Assembly (NCBI GenBank): GCA_017435185.1
Contig: JAFSFN010000012.1
Location: 1 to 29,892, forward strand
DNA from: Clostridia bacterium
GTDB taxonomy: Bacteria > Bacillota > Clostridia > Christensenellales > CAG-138
DNA length: 29,892 nucleotides
Reading direction: 5' to 3'
Below, one piece after another: positions 26,839 through 29,892 of the stretch. Position 1 is the stretch's first letter. Every line of letters begins with the position of its first letter. Under the pieces are notes generated by a model. That model was given only the letters and a program-made list of their open reading frames with translations, searched no databases and was not told the origin of the DNA. The translations under genes were made by a program, and so were the position numbers.

Positions 26839-28227
26839 ATGAAAAAGTTAACTTCCATCTTGCTCGTATTAGCAATGTCGATAATGTGCATCTGTACATT
26901 TGCAGGCTGTGATGTTTCAGAAAACAACAGTAATGAAGACGACACCGTTATAGCCAAAGTCGGCGATACCGAAATCTATCTTCACGAGTTCCGTGCAACA
27001 TATGATATGTATGTTGAATATTATGCAAACTACGGTTATGACATCACAACCGACGAAGCCTCTCTTGCCGAATTCAAGCAGAATCTGCTTGAGCGCATAA
27101 TTGCAGAAAAAGCAGTCCTTATAAAAGTTTCCGAAGAAGGCATCGACAAGCTCAGCGAAGAACAGCAAGCAGAGCTTGATGAGGCTATCGAAGCGGAATA
27201 CACTTCAATCGAAGAATATTATAGGCCTCTCGCCGAAGAGCAGGCAGAATCGTCCGCTCCCGAAGATATTCAAGCAAAGTATGAAGAGCTTGTTGCAGCC
27301 GAATCCAAGAACTATACAGGCACCGAGATGACTTACGAAGAATATCTTGAATATGTTGAAGAATCAATCACAAACAATTATCTCATCACTCTTTATAAAG
27401 ACGAATTGGTATATAAAGATATTACGGTTTCTGATGATGAGATCACGGCAAAATACGATGAGCTTATTGCTTCCGACACAGAAGCATACACCGAAGCTCC
27501 CGAAGCCTACAAAAACGACCAGGAATCCGCAGAACTTCTTGAAGAGATGCCCACAGCATATACTCCCGAGGGTTACAGCCGTATTTTGAGCATTCTCATA
27601 GTTCCCAAAGGTGAAACAAGCGACACCTACACCAATAATGAAGACAAAATGGAAAAGCTTCAGGCAGAATATGGCGAGTTGGCATTTGAAGATGCAATTT
27701 CAGGAAGCAAAACAAATCAGGCAAGACTTGCTGAGATCATCAAAGAATACAATGAGCTCAAAACAGCAAACGACACTGAATATACAACAGCAAACGAAAG
27801 CTACCGTCAGAAGATAGACGAAGCATATGCAGCTTTGGAAAGCGGCAAATCATTTGTTGAAGTAATGAAAGAATACACAGAAGACCCCGACTTTGATGAA
27901 GACAGTATTTTCAATGATATAGGTATTCTTATATCCACAAAATATTCTTCCTCAAGCGACCTTTCCGACGAAGTTAAGGCTGAATTTGCAAAGCTCAAGA
28001 AAGGTGAATATTCACGCGTATTTGAAGATGAAGATGGCTATCACATCATCTACTATCTCGCAGATGAGCCCTCAGGCGTCCGTGATATTTCACAGCTTAA
28101 GACATTCATCGAAGATGAGCTGCTTGCCGAAGAACAGACCAATGAATGGGATGCCCTGGTCAAAGAGTGGGTTGCAGATACATCGTTCGTAACAATCGAG
28201 CAGGAAGTTCTCGATTCAGTAAAGTAA
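26839..28227 (+). CDS. prsA: PrsA/SurA-like acidic lipoprotein foldase (parvulin-type PPIase domain)
   Basis: Lipobox FAG|C, IAKVGDTEI (SurA N-term), SFVEVMKEYTED, LKKGEYSRVFEDEDGYHIIY; canonical position after mfd. Confidence 0.75.
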   Translation: MKKLTSILLVLAMSIMCICTFAGCDVSENNSNEDDTVIAKVGDTEIYLHEFRATYDMYVEYYANYGYDITTDEASLAEFKQNLLERIIAEKAVLIKVSEEGIDKLSEEQQAELDEAIEAEYTSIEEYYRPLAEEQAESSAPEDIQAKYEELVAAESKNYTGTEMTYEEYLEYVEESITNNYLITLYKDELVYKDITVSDDEITAKYDELIASDTEAYTEAPEAYKNDQESAELLEEMPTAYTPEGYSRILSILIVPKGETSDTYTNNEDKMEKLQAEYGELAFEDAISGSKTNQARLAEIIKEYNELKTANDTEYTTANESYRQKIDEAYAALESGKSFVEVMKEYTEDPDFDEDSIFNDIGILISTKYSSSSDLSDEVKAEFAKLKKGEYSRVFEDEDGYHIIYYLADEPSGVRDISQLKTFIEDELLAEEQTNEWDALVKEWVADTSFVTIEQEVLDSVK

Positions 28228-28228
28228 T

Positions 28229-28483
28229 ATGAGACTTGATAAGTATTTGAAAGTATCACGCATAATCAAGCGGCGTACTGTTGCAAACGAAGTTTGCAGT
28301 CTCGGTCGTGTCAGCATAAACGGAAAAGAAGCCAAGCCTTCAAGCGAAGTCCGCGAAGGTGATGTGCTTTCGGTACTCATGGGAGGCCGATATACAAACG
28401 TTAAAGTGCTGTCTGTCCGTGAAACTGCATCAAAAAACGATGCCGCCTCCATGTATGAATTATTGGGAGAAAATAATTTATGA
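28229..28483 (+). CDS. rqcP: S4-domain ribosome quality control protein RqcP/YabO
   Basis: MRLDKYLKVSRIIKRRTVANEVC..GRVSINGKEAKPSSEVREGD. Confidence 0.85.
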   Translation: MRLDKYLKVSRIIKRRTVANEVCSLGRVSINGKEAKPSSEVREGDVLSVLMGGRYTNVKVLSVRETASKNDAASMYELLGENNL

Positions 28484-29616
28484 TCAAAACAGCTTTCATA
28501 TTGCTTGCAGCAGGCAGCAGCACGCGTATGGGAACTAACAAGCTCGCACTCCGCATTGGTGGTGCTACTCCGATAGAACGCTGCTTCGGTGCAATAAGCC
28601 GAAGCAGCTTTGCTGTTTCTTCCGTATGCGTCACAGTATCTGAGCTCACAAAAAATGATGTTGACATTCTTTGCAAGACCGCTCCCTTTTCCTGTCCCGT
28701 TTACAATGTAACAGGCGGCAGTACAAGGGGCGAGTCGGTATATAATGCACTTTTGTCGCTTGATAAAGATACCGATATCGTTGTAATACACGATGCCGCG
28801 CGCTGTCTTATAAGCAGTGAGATAATAGATAAGAGCATACAAAGTGCAATAGATAACGGAAGCGGAATAGTCGGCACCATGGCTCATGACACCATACGCA
28901 AAACAAGCGGAGAACTGCTTGACAGAAACGAGCTTTTTATAACCCAAACGCCTCAGACATTCCGCTACAATGAAATACTTGAAGCATATCACAAAGATGC
29001 AGAAAACGGTTTTATTGAAACCGACGACTGTGCAGTATATGAAAAAGCGGGGCATAAAGCCACGCTTGTTATGGGAGATATCATGAATCAAAAACTTACC
29101 TGTGCCTCCGATGTTCCGTTTTTCCAAGCCGCCTGTTCAGGTTCACTTCGAATAGGCTTCGGTGAAGATACTCACAAACTGGGTACTAACAGGAAATTAA
29201 TACTCGGCGGTGTTGAGATTCCGTTCGGGCTCGGGTTAATCGGACATTCCGATGCCGATGTGCTCATTCATGCAATCATAGATGCTCTTTTAGGTGCCGC
29301 TTGTCTTGGTGATATAGGCGTTCTTTTCCCCGATAATGATATGCAGTATAAAGACATTTCATCGATCATACTGCTTGAAAGAGTTCACGAATTGCTTTCT
29401 TCAAAAGGCATAACCACAAATAATATAGATGCTACAATAGTGGCACAATCGCCCAAACTTGCGCCGTTCATTGAGAATATACGCCGCAATATAGCCTTAG
29501 CACTCAAAACAGATATATCACTCATCAGCGTTAAAGCCACAACACCCGAACACACAGGCCCTGAAGGCCACCACGAGTGTATAACCGTTCGCTGTGTTGC
29601 CTCTTTAATGATGTAA
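28480..29616 (+). CDS. ispDF: bifunctional IspD/IspF (MEP pathway)
   Basis: LAAGSSTRMG, IHDAAR, QTPQTF, TDD (IspD); RIGFGEDTH, GHSDADVLIHAIIDALLGA, GDIGVLFP, KATT (IspF). Confidence 0.93.
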   Translation: MIKTAFILLAAGSSTRMGTNKLALRIGGATPIERCFGAISRSSFAVSSVCVTVSELTKNDVDILCKTAPFSCPVYNVTGGSTRGESVYNALLSLDKDTDIVVIHDAARCLISSEIIDKSIQSAIDNGSGIVGTMAHDTIRKTSGELLDRNELFITQTPQTFRYNEILEAYHKDAENGFIETDDCAVYEKAGHKATLVMGDIMNQKLTCASDVPFFQAACSGSLRIGFGEDTHKLGTNRKLILGGVEIPFGLGLIGHSDADVLIHAIIDALLGAACLGDIGVLFPDNDMQYKDISSIILLERVHELLSSKGITTNNIDATIVAQSPKLAPFIENIRRNIALALKTDISLISVKATTPEHTGPEGHHECITVRCVASLMM

Positions 29617-29618
29617 GC

Positions 29619-29892
29619 TCAGTTCATTGCAATATCTGACTTGTTTTTGAGCTTTTCGTATGCAAGTGCGAAAAGCTTTTTATATTCTGTTTTTGTGCTG
29701 TTCTCCACAACCTCTTTTGCCGCCGATACCGCATCATTGAGTACACCTACATCCATTGCAAGGCTCGCAGCCGAAAACTCATCAAGACCATGCTGGCGTG
29801 CACCCAAAAACTCGCCCGGGCCACGACATTCAAGGTCATATTCCGCTATCTTAAAACCGTCATTTGTGCTCGCAAGAATATTCAGGCGCTCC
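29619..29892 (-). CDS. recG: ATP-dependent DNA helicase RecG, 3' end (runs off the window)
   Basis: Hand translation ERLNILASTNDGFKIAEYDLECRGPGEFLGARQHG... is the RecG TRG motif region. Confidence 0.88.
   Translation of the reverse strand, partial: ERLNILASTNDGFKIAEYDLECRGPGEFLGARQHGLDEFSAASLAMDVGVLNDAVSAAKEVVENSTKTEYKKLFALAYEKLKNKSDIAMN

Overview
Core-genome-like window from an anaerobic Clostridia-type (Bacillota) chromosome with 29 supportable CDSs, and no rRNA, tRNA, CRISPR or mobile element that I can see. Order: holB(partial)-ricT, ferredoxin, MATE pump, small P-loop protein, divergent MocR/PdxR regulator + pdxK; a ~9.6 kb minus-strand run proB-proA-GT-C membrane glycosyltransferase-class I fumarase/mesaconase alpha+beta-glutamate mutase glmS/glmL/glmE-methylaspartate ammonia-lyase; PepSY-like lipoprotein, Cys-rich DUF1292, serine hydrolase; PhoB/PhoR-like pair, GNAT, asnA; pth-mfd-prsA-rqcP(S4)-ispDF; recG(partial). 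The strongest signal is apparent amber (UAG) recoding. proB has an in-frame TAG at codon 71, with normal ProB sequence continuing in the same frame. pth has a TAG just before the C-terminal 'AKFN' motif of its last helix. None of the other 28 gene ends uses TAG (17 TAA, 11 TGA, counted by hand). This suggests UAG is read as an amino acid (pyrrolysine or Gln suppression/reassignment), but two nonsense mutations or consensus errors cannot be excluded from this window alone.
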